This document shows, one piece after another, positions 11,070 to 24,144 of a stretch of DNA of 28,709 bases. The stretch comes from Octopus sinensis. Its lineage: Eukaryota. Each line of letters opens with the position of its first letter. The stretch's first letter is position 1. The stretch is taken from assembly GCF_006345805.1 (NCBI RefSeq), contig NW_021833550.1:1-28709 (forward strand). The letters run 5' to 3'. The notes beneath the pieces were generated by a model. It did no database searches and was not told the origin of the DNA. It worked only from the letters and a program-made list of their open reading frames with translations. Both the position numbers and the translations under genes were made by a program.

Positions 11070-11214
11070 TACATACATACATTGTGTATGTGTGTGTGTG
11101 CGAGCGCGTGCGTGTGTATGTATGTATTTTAATACATATCAAAAATGATTTTAAAGTATTTAATTAGATGTTTTAATCAACTAAATTATTTCCGTTTCAT
11201 GCCTTTGATCTTAA

Positions 11215-11439
<225 letters not shown>

Positions 11440-11651
11440 TAATTAACAATTCAAAGCACACACACAAAAAATCCCACCTTGAACAAAATCGTAATTTCCT
11501 GATCTTTCTCAGTAACCACAGAAATACCATAATCATCCTCCAGAGATCGTTTCCAGTGTTGGCTTGGGATTGGTAAGCCGGAGAGCTGCACTAGGCTCCA
11601 GTCTGTTTTGGATTGGTTTGTAATGTGCCTTTTCCGTGTCACCGGCATGGG

Positions 11652-12091
11652 TACCCGCATGGTTCATGGTCTCAAAGATTTGTCCTATGAAGAAAGGCTG
11701 AGGACGCTCGACCTTTATTCTCTAGAAAAACGGAGCCGCCGTGGTGATCTCATTCTCGCCCACAGCATCAGAAGCGGAAAGTGTAACCTCTTGAAAGAGC
11801 TGTTCTTCACTCCTGCTCCAGAGCGTCGGCTTCGGGGTCATTCTGAAAAGCTCTATCTGCGACGATTTCATCTCAATCAAAGGAGAGGAGCTTTCTCCGT
11901 CCGGGATGCGGATCTGTGGAACAAGCTGCCAGACGAGATGGTGAAGATGCCGACGACCGCTTGGTTGAAAGTCTCCCTTGACCTCAAGTGGCCAGAACTC
12001 TTTACATGAACACCACCCTGTACTTAACTCCATGTCCTCCTACATGGCCTTGCTATTTGCTTTTGAGCCAAATTAACTAACTAACTAACTA
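11652..12091 (+). mobile_element. Short 3' copy of the same CR1-group LINE as 3310-4597
   Basis: Matches 4140-4580, including the stop codon, the 3' UTR and the (CTAA)n tail. Confidence 0.92.
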
Positions 12092-12251
12092 CCTTTTATG
12101 TGTCACCTACACGGGTGCTTTTTACGTATCATCGGCATGTGTGTCTTTCACGTGTCTTCTCGAACACAGCAAATCGCCTGAAGTCTAGGAAAAAGCAAAT
12201 CGGAGTCTATTCTAGTAAGATAAGATTAACAAATACCATATTTGATGAGGA

Positions 12252-12877
12252 GGCGCAATGGCCCAGTGGTTAGGGCAGCGGACTCGCGGTCGTAGGATCG
12301 CGGTTTCGATTCCCAGACCGGGCGTTGTGAGTGTTTATTGAGCGAAAACACCTAAAAGCCCCACGAGGCTCCGGCAGGGATGGTGGTGATCCCTGCTGTA
12401 CTCTTTCACTACAACTTTCTCTCACTCTTACTTTCTGTTGTACCTGTATTTCAAGGGGCCGGCCTTGTCACTCTCTGTGTCACGCTGAATATCCCCGAGA
12501 ACTACGTTAATGGTACACGTGTCTGTGGAGTGCTCAGCCACTTACACGTTAATTTCACGAGCAGGCTGTTCCATTGATTCGGATCAACCGGAACCCTCGT
12601 CGTCGTAACCGACAGAGTGCTCCTGCAAGGGGTGGTGGTGATCCCTGCTGTACTCTTTCACCACAACTTTCTCTCACTCTTACTTCCTGTTTCTGTTGTA
12701 CCTGACAAGGGCCGGCCTTGTCACTCTCTGTGTCACGCTGAATATCCCCGAGAACTACGTTAAGGGTACACGTGTCTGTGGAGTGCTCAGCCACTTACAC
12801 GTTAATTTCACGAGCAAGCTGTTCCGTTGATTCGGATCAACCGGAACCCTCGTCGTCGTAACCGACGGAGTGCTTCC
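12252..12877 (+). mobile_element. Family C tRNA-SINE with its 3' part of about 245 bp duplicated
   Basis: tRNA-like head GGCGCAATGGCCCAGTGGTTAGG...GGTTTCGATTCC. The body ggtggtgatccctg...cgtaaccgac(a/g)gagtgc occurs at about 12381-12622 and 12631-12873. Confidence 0.8.
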
Positions 12878-13487
12878 ATTCCAGCTGTTTGTGAAATGTT
12901 GATTACTTGAACAATGACAGTTGAATGACCTGATAATACTAATTAGATAAATTATCGTAAATCTAATCAACATGATACATTTTGCAAGTTTTAACATTTT
13001 AGTGGAATGTTTAAAATAACAAATGGAATCAATGCCTCTTCCGGTGGTATTTGATCTTAGTCTGCGGGATTACAGTATTTCATCTAGAAAACGAACGGTA
13101 GCAACAGATCAGATTTAATCCTTTATTTAACAATTCTAAAGCTTACATTGATAACATTAAATTGGCAAGAAGATAGAATATCAATATAATTTCAAATCAT
13201 GCAATATTTTCTGTTTCAAGCCATACTGAGGCCCTGAAACTCGTTTAAATTACATCATGGTGGATTATACAGTCTCATGCATGCATAGTGTTGTATTGAA
13301 ACGTACAATTATAGTGTCGTTACAACGAAAGAATATTTTATATTATATATGGAGAAAATATTATTTAATATTATATATGGAGAAAATATTATTTTATATT
13401 ATATATGGAGAAAATATAATTTTATATTATATATGGAGAAAATATTATTTCATATTATATATGGAGAAAATATTATTTTATATTATA

Positions 13488-13874
13488 CTAGCAGTATCGC
13501 CCGGCGTTGCTCAGGTTTGTAAGGGAAATAACTATAAAGCATTTTTAGAGAGTTATAGCCAAAAAATAGCAAAAAAATAGAAAAAAAATTATGGTAAATT
13601 TTTTTTTGAGAGTAAAAAAAGGTTGAGTTGCGTCCCCTAGACAGTCTGTGGTTTATTTTTTTTGATTCTCGACCCCATGTCGAATTTATCGATTTTTTTC
13701 AGAACTGGGGGAACTTTTCAAAATTTTCGCCGCGTTAGATTTGAATTATGACATTGGGCTATGTGTGTGTCAAGTTTCATCAGAATCGGTTGAAAGCCGT
13801 GGTCAGAGTGAGGGTACAAGCAAACAGACACACAGAAACACGCACAGACAAACTGCCGTTTATATAGAGAGAGA
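13488..13874 (-). mobile_element. Non-autonomous Helitron
   Basis: The minus strand starts A|TC and ends with the hairpin CCTGAGCAACGCCGGG, then 7 nt, then CTAG|T; there is no target site duplication. Confidence 0.85.
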
Positions 13875-14099
13875 TATGGAGAAAATTTTATTTTTGTATT
13901 ATATATGGAGAAAATATTATTTTATATTATATATGGAGAAAATATAATTTTATATTATATATGGAGAAAATATTATTTCATATTATATATGGAGAAAATA
14001 TTATTTTATATTATATATGGAGAAAATATAATTTTATATTATATATGGAGAAAATATTATTTCATATTATATATGGAGAAAATATTATTTTATATTATA

Positions 14100-14485
14100 C
14101 TAGCAGTATCGCCCGGCGTTGCTCAGGTTTGTAAGGGAAATAACTATAAAGCATTTTTAGAGAGTTATAGCCAAAAAATAGCAAAAAAATAGAAAAAAAA
14201 TTATGGTAAATTTTTTTTTGAGAGTAAAAAAAGGTTGAGTTGCGTCCCCTAGACAGTCTGTGGTTTATTTTTTTGATTCTCGACCCCATGTCGAATTTAT
14301 CGATTTTTTTCAGAACTGGGGGAACTTTTCAAAATTTTCGCCGCGTTAGATTTGAATTATGACATTGGGCTATGTGTGTGTCAAGTTTCATCAGAATCGG
14401 TTGAAAGCCGTGGTCAGAGTGAGGGTACAAGCAAACAGACACACAGAAACACGCACAGACAAACTGCCGTTTATATAGAGAGAGA
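14100..14485 (-). mobile_element. Non-autonomous Helitron, tandem duplicate of 13488-13874
   Basis: Appears identical to 13488-13874 apart from one homopolymer base. Confidence 0.85.
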
Positions 14486-17203
14486 TATGGAGAAAATTTT
14501 ATTTTTGTATTATATATGGAGAAAATATAATTTTATATTATATATGGAGAAAATATAATTTTATATTATATATGGAGAAAATATTATTTCATATTATATA
14601 TGGAGAAAATATTATTTTATATTATATATGGAGAAAATTTTATTTTTGTATTATATATGCAGAAAATATCGTTTTATAGCATAAAATATCATCAAAGACG
14701 ATTCTTGGAGGCTCTTTTTCGATTTTCACTCAAAAGTTTGTTTCTGCTGTTCTATCCTCTGTTCCATTACCAGTACTTGAACCTGGAAACATAATGAAAA
14801 GACAAAATATAAAAGTTTAAGCACATTAATTACCGGATAGTATGAATTTGTATATATATATATATGTTTATTTCTTACTATTTGAACTGTTAGAGCTGTT
14901 TTCGCTATGTATCCAGTACAACCCTTAAACAAGTAAATAATATTTCCCTAAACAATAGATCAACGTATTTCAGTTTGTGACTTATTCACGAATATACCAT
15001 GAATGACGATGCCTTTCATGTTACTTCAGCCAATTGACAAGCGCTGATGGAAGAACTGTTCTGCTTTGAGACAAATACACTGTCAACACAAATGTCACAT
15101 CCTGTTTACATGTAGGAACACTTTCTTAAAATCTATCTGCACATCTTGAAAATGGCCAGCGTGTATATTTCACAGAAGACAATGCTCGAAACGTAGATCT
15201 GAATCCATGAGAAACTACTTCGACAGCGTTCTTCAAATTATGCCAATGTGATCTGTTTGCCCGAACACTGTTGTACGTAGAGATCCCCGTATACTCTACC
15301 TGGGCACACAATATATATATGCACACATATATTTATTCATTTATATATTTTTTAAAATAATAAATAACATGACCATCCCGAAATATGTATGTGTATATGT
15401 ATATATATTTTTACATTTTCCCGAGCAATATATAATTTGTTACGGGATTTGACTAGTAAAAATGCTATTGTCTGTTTCGCGGCCTCTATTGTTGCATTTC
15501 CTCAATATTGACCACTACTTAGACATACTGACCGGATGCGCATAAACCTCTTTTATGCCGGAAATAGATAGACATTATATTGATTTGGCAGTGGTAAAAT
15601 GAAATGAATGGAAACGAAGTGAAAAAAATTATATCATTGTTCGGCAATGGGATGTGATTTATTCCTCTTTTATATCTCTTAGAGATGAGTTAAAGCGTAT
15701 GAGCTGTGTGTGTATCTATCGATCCTAATTCAAAAATTAATATGATCACTTCGAACAAAATTAATTTTGGCTGAGGAAAATTATTTGCAGCATTGAATAA
15801 TTTTCCTGAGTGAATTAAAGAAAGTACTGGAATTGTGTGAATTATTCTGCCCAGTAGAGTCTGCATCTTCTACTTCTATACAAAATAAGAAGAAAACATT
15901 TTTGCCCTCGGTTAATTGCTATAATTAAAAAGAAACTGAGCAAAGACAAACCGTTCCGTAGGGACAAGAAACGGAAAAGCGCAAAATAAAATGCTGATTT
16001 ATTGAAATTATCCAAGCTTTGAGAAAATGTAAATAAATAGTTGTATGTAAGAGAGAGAGGGGGAGAGTCTGTGCGCTTGCGTGCACGCGTGGGTGTCCTA
16101 AGGTATCATCCGTTGTGGTTGATGATGACGACAACGACGAAGAGGATGGTATGGTGATTGATGAAGCTAATTATGACGGTAATGGTGTTATAAAAATGAA
16201 GAAACACGATACTTACTTTCATCAAGCAAATTCATGTTGAGCAATGCCTGGAATTGGTTCAAACCTTGGGAGATATTGCGCCGCAGTTGACTTTGAACAC
16301 TTAAAGAGATTAATTGTTTTGTTTCAATTATTTCTATATTCAAATATAGCTTAGGATTGGATCATCATAGGTAAAATAACCGCATTCAGTATGGTTGAGA
16401 ACAGAATTAGTGAAGAAGGCTAAAACTACAAGCGGGTGACTAAAAGTTGGTGTTAAGAACATATTCGTCCAGTACCGTGGCTTGCCCTCTTTAGCATGTA
16501 AGAAATCCACATGGTGGTCTTCCCTCCGTGTATAAGTTTTTATATACATTTTATATATATATAATTACCTGGTTGGTTTTAAAATGTGTGTTAGCTACCT
16601 TCAATATATTATAATCTTCACATTGCCATTTTGGGAAATCAATCACTCATTTTTATGTCATTCTCAAAGATATTGACAGGCGTGAGTTAACCTCCACCAG
16701 CCGTAATGGAGTGAGCATTGCTGATGAGTATTAACTTCTTATAAGAAATTACCATGCTAATCTAATCCATCTGGCTTACCGTAGGGAATGTTGTCCCCCT
16801 CTGTCAATGTACCATATGTTTTTATGGCTAAGGTGTCTATGACTATAATTTAACACAATCACTGGTAAAAGTTTGCAAGACTCAACGAAAAGTTTTAGGA
16901 AAATAAAAATAAGAAATACGTTGAAATGTTACCGGTGAGTGTGTGGAATTATAAGGCACAAAAAGAAAATGGCTCTCCCCAGAAAGAATATGCTTCAACA
17001 AACGAACTCATATAAAGAATCTTGCAAACCAAATCCCAAAACGAAATAGTCTATGACTAATATTTCTAATAATGCTGGTGCTCACTGCACTCTTGTCACC
17101 TTTAGTGATTGTGAATTATTTCCCTGTTGGTCTTAAAATGCTGATAGCCGCCTTGATTTATATATACACGCTCATATATATATATATACATATATATACA
17201 TAC

Positions 17204-17254
<51 letters not shown>

Positions 17255-17593
17255 ATACTTTCGTATATGTAAGTATATCGTATGTTGTATATGTATATAT
17301 TTGTATTTATTTGCTTTTCTGAGTATATTCCACTGATGAAGGCAGAGCATTTCTTATGCAGAGTCAGAAATCCGGGATCTGGAATTATCCAGAAATGTTT
17401 GCTATTCTATTTTGTCTCTTCGTCTTCTCTCCTGGTGCTATATGAACATTTAATGTGGCTCTAGAGTCAAGATTTGACTGCTATTACCCTATATTATAAT
17501 TTTAAATAATTGTTACCTTTGATGTTTTTTATTCCCATGCTGGCCACCTGATAAAATCGATATTTAAATATTGATCTTATCCTTCTGTGTGTG

Positions 17594-17627
<34 letters not shown>

Positions 17628-17631
<4 letters not shown>

Positions 17632-20600
17632 TTGGCATCCTTTTTGTCTCAGGAGACAATGGAGTTGCGCATAAAATAGTCCAGTCCGGCTTTTATATTT
17701 CATATCCTGATACATTTCCTGCTGTGGCTGTGTAGTCCTATCCTGGACAAACACTCCCTCTGGCAGGTACCGCAAATATAGCGAAGACTGTTCCTGGCTG
17801 GTTGTAATGTCATAGTTTCTTGTTGACGTCTCTTCTTTTCTTTCCATTTCTCCTCTCTCTCTCTCTGTCACTCCTTTGTATTCCCTCTTTTACTGTAAGT
17901 CGCCATTCTCCACGGTTGCCGGCAACTGCCTCCCAACCGCTAATATTGATGTTGCAGGCCTTCATGTCCCTTTTGCAAACATCCTTGTAACGTAAGAGCG
18001 GTCTAACCACAGACCTAGTACCCCTAGCAAGCTCTCCGTAGAGTATGTCCTTGGGGATTCTGCCATCTTTCATACGGCTAACATGCCCAAGCCATCTCAT
18101 ACGTCTTTGTGTGAGGAGTGCAAACATGCTTGGTATTCCTGCTTGCCTGAGGACATATTTGTTGGGGATATGATTCTGCCATTTGATGCGGAGGATTTTT
18201 CGGAGGGCGCAGGTGAAAGATGTTTAGGTGAGGCTCTTGGTGTGTGTATAGCGTCCAAGTCTCACTTCCATACAGTAGAGTGCTGAGTACACATGCCTGG
18301 TAGATCTTCATTTCCGTGGTCTTCATCAGCTTATTGTTGTCCCAAGCCCGTTTGGAGAGTTGGGCCATCGCAGCAGCTGCCTTTCCAATGCATATATTGA
18401 GCTCAGCGTCAAAGGATAGGTTGTAGGTGACGGTAGAGCCCAGATAGGTAAACTTCTCCACCTCTTGTAATCTGTGGTCTCCAATATGTATGTTTGGGAT
18501 GCCCGATGTAGCCTGACCCATGATGTTGGTCTTCTTAAGGCTGATAGCTAAGCCAAAGTCGTTACATGCTTGCTCAAAACAGTCAATGAGCCTTTGGAGG
18601 GCTTCTTCTGTGTGTGATACCAGAGCAGCATCATCAGCAAATAGCATCTCCTTGATCAGGACGTTTCTGATTTTGGTCTTGGCACACAGGCGCGAGAGAT
18701 TGAACAGTTTCCCGTCACTTCTACTGTTCAGAAACACTCCATCATCTGATGTCTGAAAGGTTTGTGATAGTAAGAGCGAGAAGAAGATGCCAAACAATGT
18801 AGGAGCGAGGACATAACCTTGCTTTACCCCGTTTTTTATTTGGAAGGCGGCTGATGTTGAACCGTTGTGCTGTATGGTGCCTTGCATGTCATCATGGAAA
18901 GACTTGATGATCCTCAGCAGCCTCGGTGGACATCCGAGTTTTTGGAGCAGGATGAAGAGGCCTGTTCTGCTTACCGAGTCAAAAGCCTTTGTTAGATCAA
19001 TGAAGGCCATATATAATGGCATTTTCTGCTCTCTTTTATCTTCTCCTGAAGTTGGCGTACGGAGAATATCATATCGATAGTTGATCTGCTTCTTCTAAAG
19101 CCACACTGCGATTCCGGATAGATACGAGGAGCAAGTAGTCGTAGCCTTGCCAGGATAACGCGGGCAAAGGTCTTTCTAACAGTGCTTAGAAGAGATATAC
19201 CACGGTAATTGTTACAATCACCACGGTCACCTTTGTTTTTGTAAAGCGTAATGATGTTAGCATCCCGCATATCCTGAGGGACTGTACCCTCTTCCCAGCA
19301 CTGACACAGAAGCTCATGAAGATGCCGAAGCAGGATGGTGTTTTTGCCGGCTTTGATGATATCTGAGGGGATGCCGTCTTTTCGCGGAGCCTTATTTCTT
19401 GCTAGGGAGTCAACAGCCTTGGTGAGCTCTGCTATGGATGGCGGACTGTCAAGTTCGCACATGACTGGCAAGATCTTGACACTCTCGACTGCAGCCTCAG
19501 CCACTGTAGTCTCCCGTGAGTAGAGATCCTGGTAGTGCTCCACCCATCTATCCATTTGCTTGCCTTGATCCCTGATGAGATCTCCAGAGGGGCTGACTTG
19601 GTTGCGGATGGACCGAGGGCCTTCTTCAAACCGGTATACATCCCACAGGTGTCGCCACTGTCAGCAGCTGACTGGATATTCTGACAGATTTCCTGCCAAT
19701 ACCTATTTGCACAGCGTCTGGCTGTCAGTTTGGTTTTATTTCGTGCCTTTCAGAGTTCTTCGTGTGACTTTGTAGAAGAATCACTCTTGTATTCCATCAG
19801 AGCTGCACGCTTTGCTTCGATAACTGGCTCCAGCTCTGAGAGCCCAGCATTGAACCAATCTGGGTTTTGACTTTCTCTCATGCCGAAAGTATCTATTGAT
19901 GTCGTATACAAAGCTTCCCTGATATAGTTCCACCTACTTTCAGCAGAGGAGGTTGGGCAGCTACTGAGGGCAACCTTGATAGAAGCAGCAAAACATTTTC
20001 GCAGTGTAGGTTCCGAGGTTCTGGCAGTGTTAATGCGTGGTCGGCCGACTTTCTTGAAGCGATGGACTTTTTTAGGCAGAATCCTCACCCTACTTCTAAT
20101 TAGTGAGTGGTCTGTGTCACAATCCGCGCTGTGGTAACTGCGGGTCAATAGAGTAGAATTCAGAAAGGATCTCCGTGTAATGATGAGATCCAGCTGATGC
20201 CAGTGGTGAGATCTTGGATGTCTCCAAGATGCCTTGTGGGAAGACTTGTTGGTAAAGAATGTGTTTGTGATGCACAGGTTGTGGTATGTGCAGAATACGA
20301 GTAGTCTCTGACTATTGTCATTCATGTTGCCAATACCAAAGTGTCCGACACAAATGGGCCACGAATCATGGTCAGATCCCACGCGAGCGTTAAAATGCCC
20401 TAGAAGGTAGATATTTTCAGTCGTTGGTATATTTTCTATGACACAGTTGAGATCTTTGTAGAACTGGTACTTGGTCTCCTCTGAGCTGTAGAGAGTGGGA
20501 GTAGAGATGCTGAGTAGATGTACTGAGCCAGAAGAAGTCGAGAGGCGCAGTGAGGGGATACGCTCAGTGACTCCTGATGGTGGTTCTATTGAGGAGAGTA

Positions 20601-21470
20601 ATTAGTTTCTCGCTAAAAGCCAATGCCATGCTGACGAGGTTCTTCTGGATCGCTTCCTGACAAAAGGAGGTGAAATCCTGCTCTTTGAGTTTGCCGTTCG
20701 AGGGGAGACTTGTCTCCTGCAGCCCAGCAATATCTATGTTGAGCCTCTTTAGTTCACGGTCAATGATGGCCGTTTTCCTTGTGTCTTCAACCCTGAGTAG
20801 ATCATCAGATATTCCAGGGCACATGGTCCTGACATTCCAACTTGCCAACCGCACAACTGGTGTTTTCTTGACTTTTAGTTGTTTGCCTGGTGCAGAGGTT
20901 GCAGGCCGCTTTTCAAGTCATACTTTTAGCTTCAAGCACCCAATGAAGCAGGCGACCTGTGGCGGGTCAGCACCTTACTAACTGGGGGCTGCCCAGCTTG
21001 AGGTGGGCAGTAGCTAACCAATAGGACACGGAGGTCCCTCCCACCGTCAGAGGTAACCCGTAGCGCCCATATTTTACGCCAATCTGAATAGACTTATCAC
21101 TCGTGACTGTTACCTCCCGTGTTGTTTCTGCAGCTTTTTACAGCAGCACTGAAGTGTCCTCTCCAGTTTTGCGCAAGCCTGGGCTATAGATAAGAAAGTC
21201 CTGGGTAGCCCAATCGTCAGGTTTCCTCTCTCGACCTTGCTGATGTAGTCCAAAGGAGTGCAGTGCATTACGTTTGGCACAAGCTTGGTTGCAGGAGCTG
21301 CCGGAAGAGTGTCGAGTCGAACAGTAGACCGCCTTCGGGGCTCCACTCCGGATTTCTTTGAAGGTTGTTTCCGTTCCGTAACCCTGGATAGGGGCCCATA
21401 CCGGGTACTGTCTGCCGGAGCCAGCTGAGCCCGGAACTCGTGTCAGGCAAGGTCGTCACTCCCTGAAGTA
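17628..21470 (-). mobile_element. Near full-length but frameshifted RTE-clade LINE (APE endonuclease, RT, C-terminal CCHH motif)
   Basis: Motifs in order: MRLASWNVRTM...IAGLQET (20854), SADCDTDHSL, NYRGISLLS, SQCGFR, AFIDLTKAFDSV, GVKQG..LAPTLF, MLFADD, FTYLGS, RRMRWLGHV and YICGTCQRECLSRIGLHSHSRKC (17780-17700). The 3' end GGATGCCAACC runs into (AT)n. The 5' limit is approximate. Confidence 0.93.
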
Positions 21471-21571
21471 GTAAAGAAGTTCGCTACCCACTACCTTTTC
21501 AAGTAATGTTAAATTATTATTAGATAATATATATATATATATATATACAGGTATGTATGTGTATGTATATA

Positions 21572-21613
<42 letters not shown>

Positions 21614-22539
21614 GTTCTCTCTTTATCATTATGTGGGTTTGTTTATCCTTTGTATAATAAAACATTGATAAAACACTTAAGCATTTCGTCGAAGGTACGA
21701 ATTAGTATATTGTGGGTCACAAGTACAACACTGTTGATTATGGTGACGTATAATACGTGCGATAAAATCGAATGTTTGGAACAAAACAAAATAAATTTGA
21801 ATAAATGTGTTAGAAGCTTTTGCTTACCCAGGATATTCAACTCGGAATTTTCCAGTCACGGTTAAAAACTCATGCTCCATCTGCAAAAGCCAGATGTGTA
21901 TATATATATATATGCATACATTAAATTCAAGAAACAAAGTTTGATTTAAAAGCTTTGAGAAGTATAAAAAGATACAGATAAGGAAATCATTTTACATATG
22001 TATGTATTTATGTGTTTAAGCTGATCAGGCTAACAAAATCGATATCACTATCTACGAAACGTATTGAGCTCACTCACTATTTAAATTGACGTTTTGCATT
22101 TCTTGTATAAAAAATGCATGTGTGTGTGTGTGTGTGTGTGAGTGTATGCATGTGTGCGCGTGTTCAGCGCGCGCGCGTGTGTGTGTGTTCGGAGAAAGAG
22201 AGGGCAGATATCTACTCACGGCTCTTGATATGTTCTCAGCAGGTTTTTTATATTCGTTGAAAGATTTTAAAATCAAACGAAATGCGAAGGATTTGGTCCA
22301 GCCTATGGATTGATATAGAAAATAATTGCTGTATTTATAAATGAGACACACGTCATAGATGCACATAAAACCCACATACGTAGATAAAAATACACGTTCA
22401 TAATCACATATACACTTAAAAATACTATAAATAAATATATATATATACGAACATACAGACTCACATTAATACATCTGCATCTACATGTATAAACACATAT
22501 ATAAATGCATGTTTGTACACATACACAGTTCCATGTACT

Positions 22540-22570
<31 letters not shown>

Positions 22571-22871
22571 TTGCGTCAGAAATTAATTAGCACTTCTCAA
22601 TTTCTACATTAAATAGGTTAAATTAATTAACCTATGAGCTGTTCAAAACGTCTTACGCGATGAGAAAACTTAATACGGTGATTTCGGTCCTTGCGAGGCG
22701 CTACCTATATCTATTAAACAAAGGAAGATTTGTCTGCATCAGCACTCCAAGTAGTTGTTGCACTGCTATGTCAACATCATAAGGCTGTAGACTCTCAAAC
22801 TGCTCTGCAAACAAAGTTACGTCATCGTTCTGCGCAAAAGTGAACTCGCAACAAAGCAATAGTTCGAGATA

Positions 22872-22890
22872 TGGCCACTAGGTGACAGCA
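22872..22890 (+). promoter_or_regulatory. Candidate CTCF binding site TGGCCACTAGGTGACAGCA
   Basis: Close match to the CCACYAGRKGGCRS core, with one G>A change, in non-repeat intronic DNA. Motif evidence only. Confidence 0.4.
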
Positions 22891-23680
22891 CATACCTTGA
22901 GTGAAGAGCAAATCAAGGGTGCTAATTAATTTCTGACGGTAGTGTATATGTGTGTGTGTATATATATATGAACAATTTCAGTTAGAATGGTTGATTCTCA
23001 CAATTTCGCTACCATATGACAAAGGCAAGAAATTCTGTCTTCTCTGCAATTCTGAGCTATTTTTCATTATTTTTTCTAAAAATACTCTAGTAAGCACGGT
23101 TATAGAGCGAGCATACATTTAGTGCATATAAGTAGTCTCTATAATTATATATAATTCAAACTTTAATTTCCTTTATATTTAACATTCACTATTAATATCC
23201 CTACTCTTTCTGTTAGCTACTTATGACGTTATATCATATAACGTTTTTTTAAACAATATTAATCGCGTTCTGTCTATCGCTACACAAATCCATCATTTTT
23301 TGCTAAAATGTCTTATTGACAAGTTTCGCTTTTTTCACCTTCCTGAAGAGAAGATTGCATTGTTTCATTTATTCTTTTGAATAGTAACAGTGGAATTGTC
23401 GAAACATGTGTCGAAAGTAAAAATATTTGATTACACCTGCGTTAAACTCCATTTATTTATTCATATATTATTCAAAATATTCAACGTAAACACGAAGTTT
23501 CTACCTTTATAAACAAGGAGTTACAACATCTTTACTTGCGAGATTTTTGCTACCCCGGTAACTATTTATTTATTTTTTCCGTGTTAATCGTTAACAAGGT
23601 AAAAATACACTCATCTATTTATATATACATATATGTAAATCAGCCCACATTTGCATACATACGTAACATATATATATATA

Positions 23681-24033
23681 CTAGCAGTATCGCCCGGCGT
23701 TGCTCAGGTTTGTAAGGGAAATAACTATAAAGCATTTTTAGGGAGTTATAGCCAAAAAATAGCAAAAAAATGATGGTAAATTTTTTTTTGAGTTAAAAAA
23801 GGTTGAGTTGCGTCCCCTAGACAGTCTGTGGTTTGTTTCTGATTCTCGACCCCATGTCGATTTTATCGATTTTTTTCAGAACAGGGGGAACTGCGTTAGT
23901 TTTGAATTATGACATTGGGCTATGTGTGTGTCAAGTTTCATCAGAATCGGTTGAAAGCCGTGGTCAGGGTGAGGGTACAAGCAAACAGACACACAGAAAC
24001 ACGCACAGACAAACTGCCGTTTATATATAGAGA
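23681..24033 (-). mobile_element. Third copy of the non-autonomous Helitron, inserted in (TA)n
   Basis: Same CTAG/hairpin and TC termini, small internal deletions, (TA)n on both sides. Confidence 0.85.
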
Positions 24034-24077
24034 TATATATATATATAAGTTTATATTCATATGTACATACATAAGTA

Positions 24078-24144
<67 letters not shown>

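Larger units (their letters stand above)
13340..14670. repeat. 28-bp minisatellite (ggagaaaatattattttatattatatat) in three blocks separated by two Helitron copies
   Basis: Period 28 (units at 13351, 13379, 13407 and onward). Blocks lie at about 13340-13487, 13875-14099 and 14486-14670. Confidence 0.93.

Noticed and set aside
11522-11572. 51-nt AG/GT-bounded segment as the true Meis exon 4
   Set aside because: The length fits my recollection of MEIS1 exon 4, but the peptide KYHNHPPEIVSSVGLGL does not resemble IRAEKPLFSSNPELDNL.
12252-12325. Functional tRNA gene
   Set aside because: The acceptor stem and anticodon arm are imperfect and the sequence continues into a repeat body, so it is a SINE head.
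13340-14670. 28-bp repeats as a CRISPR array
   Set aside because: The units are contiguous with no unique spacers, there are no cas genes, and the context is eukaryotic.
14726-14790. Minus-strand exon after a strong-looking acceptor
   Set aside because: All frames stop within about 18 codons, there is no convincing donor, and I recognise no homology.
21254-21463. HDV-like ribozyme at the RTE 5' end (GGGAGTG can pair with CACTCCT with a G-U first pair)
   Set aside because: I could not find the required P3/L3, P1.1 and P2 elements by eye; a descriptor search would be needed.
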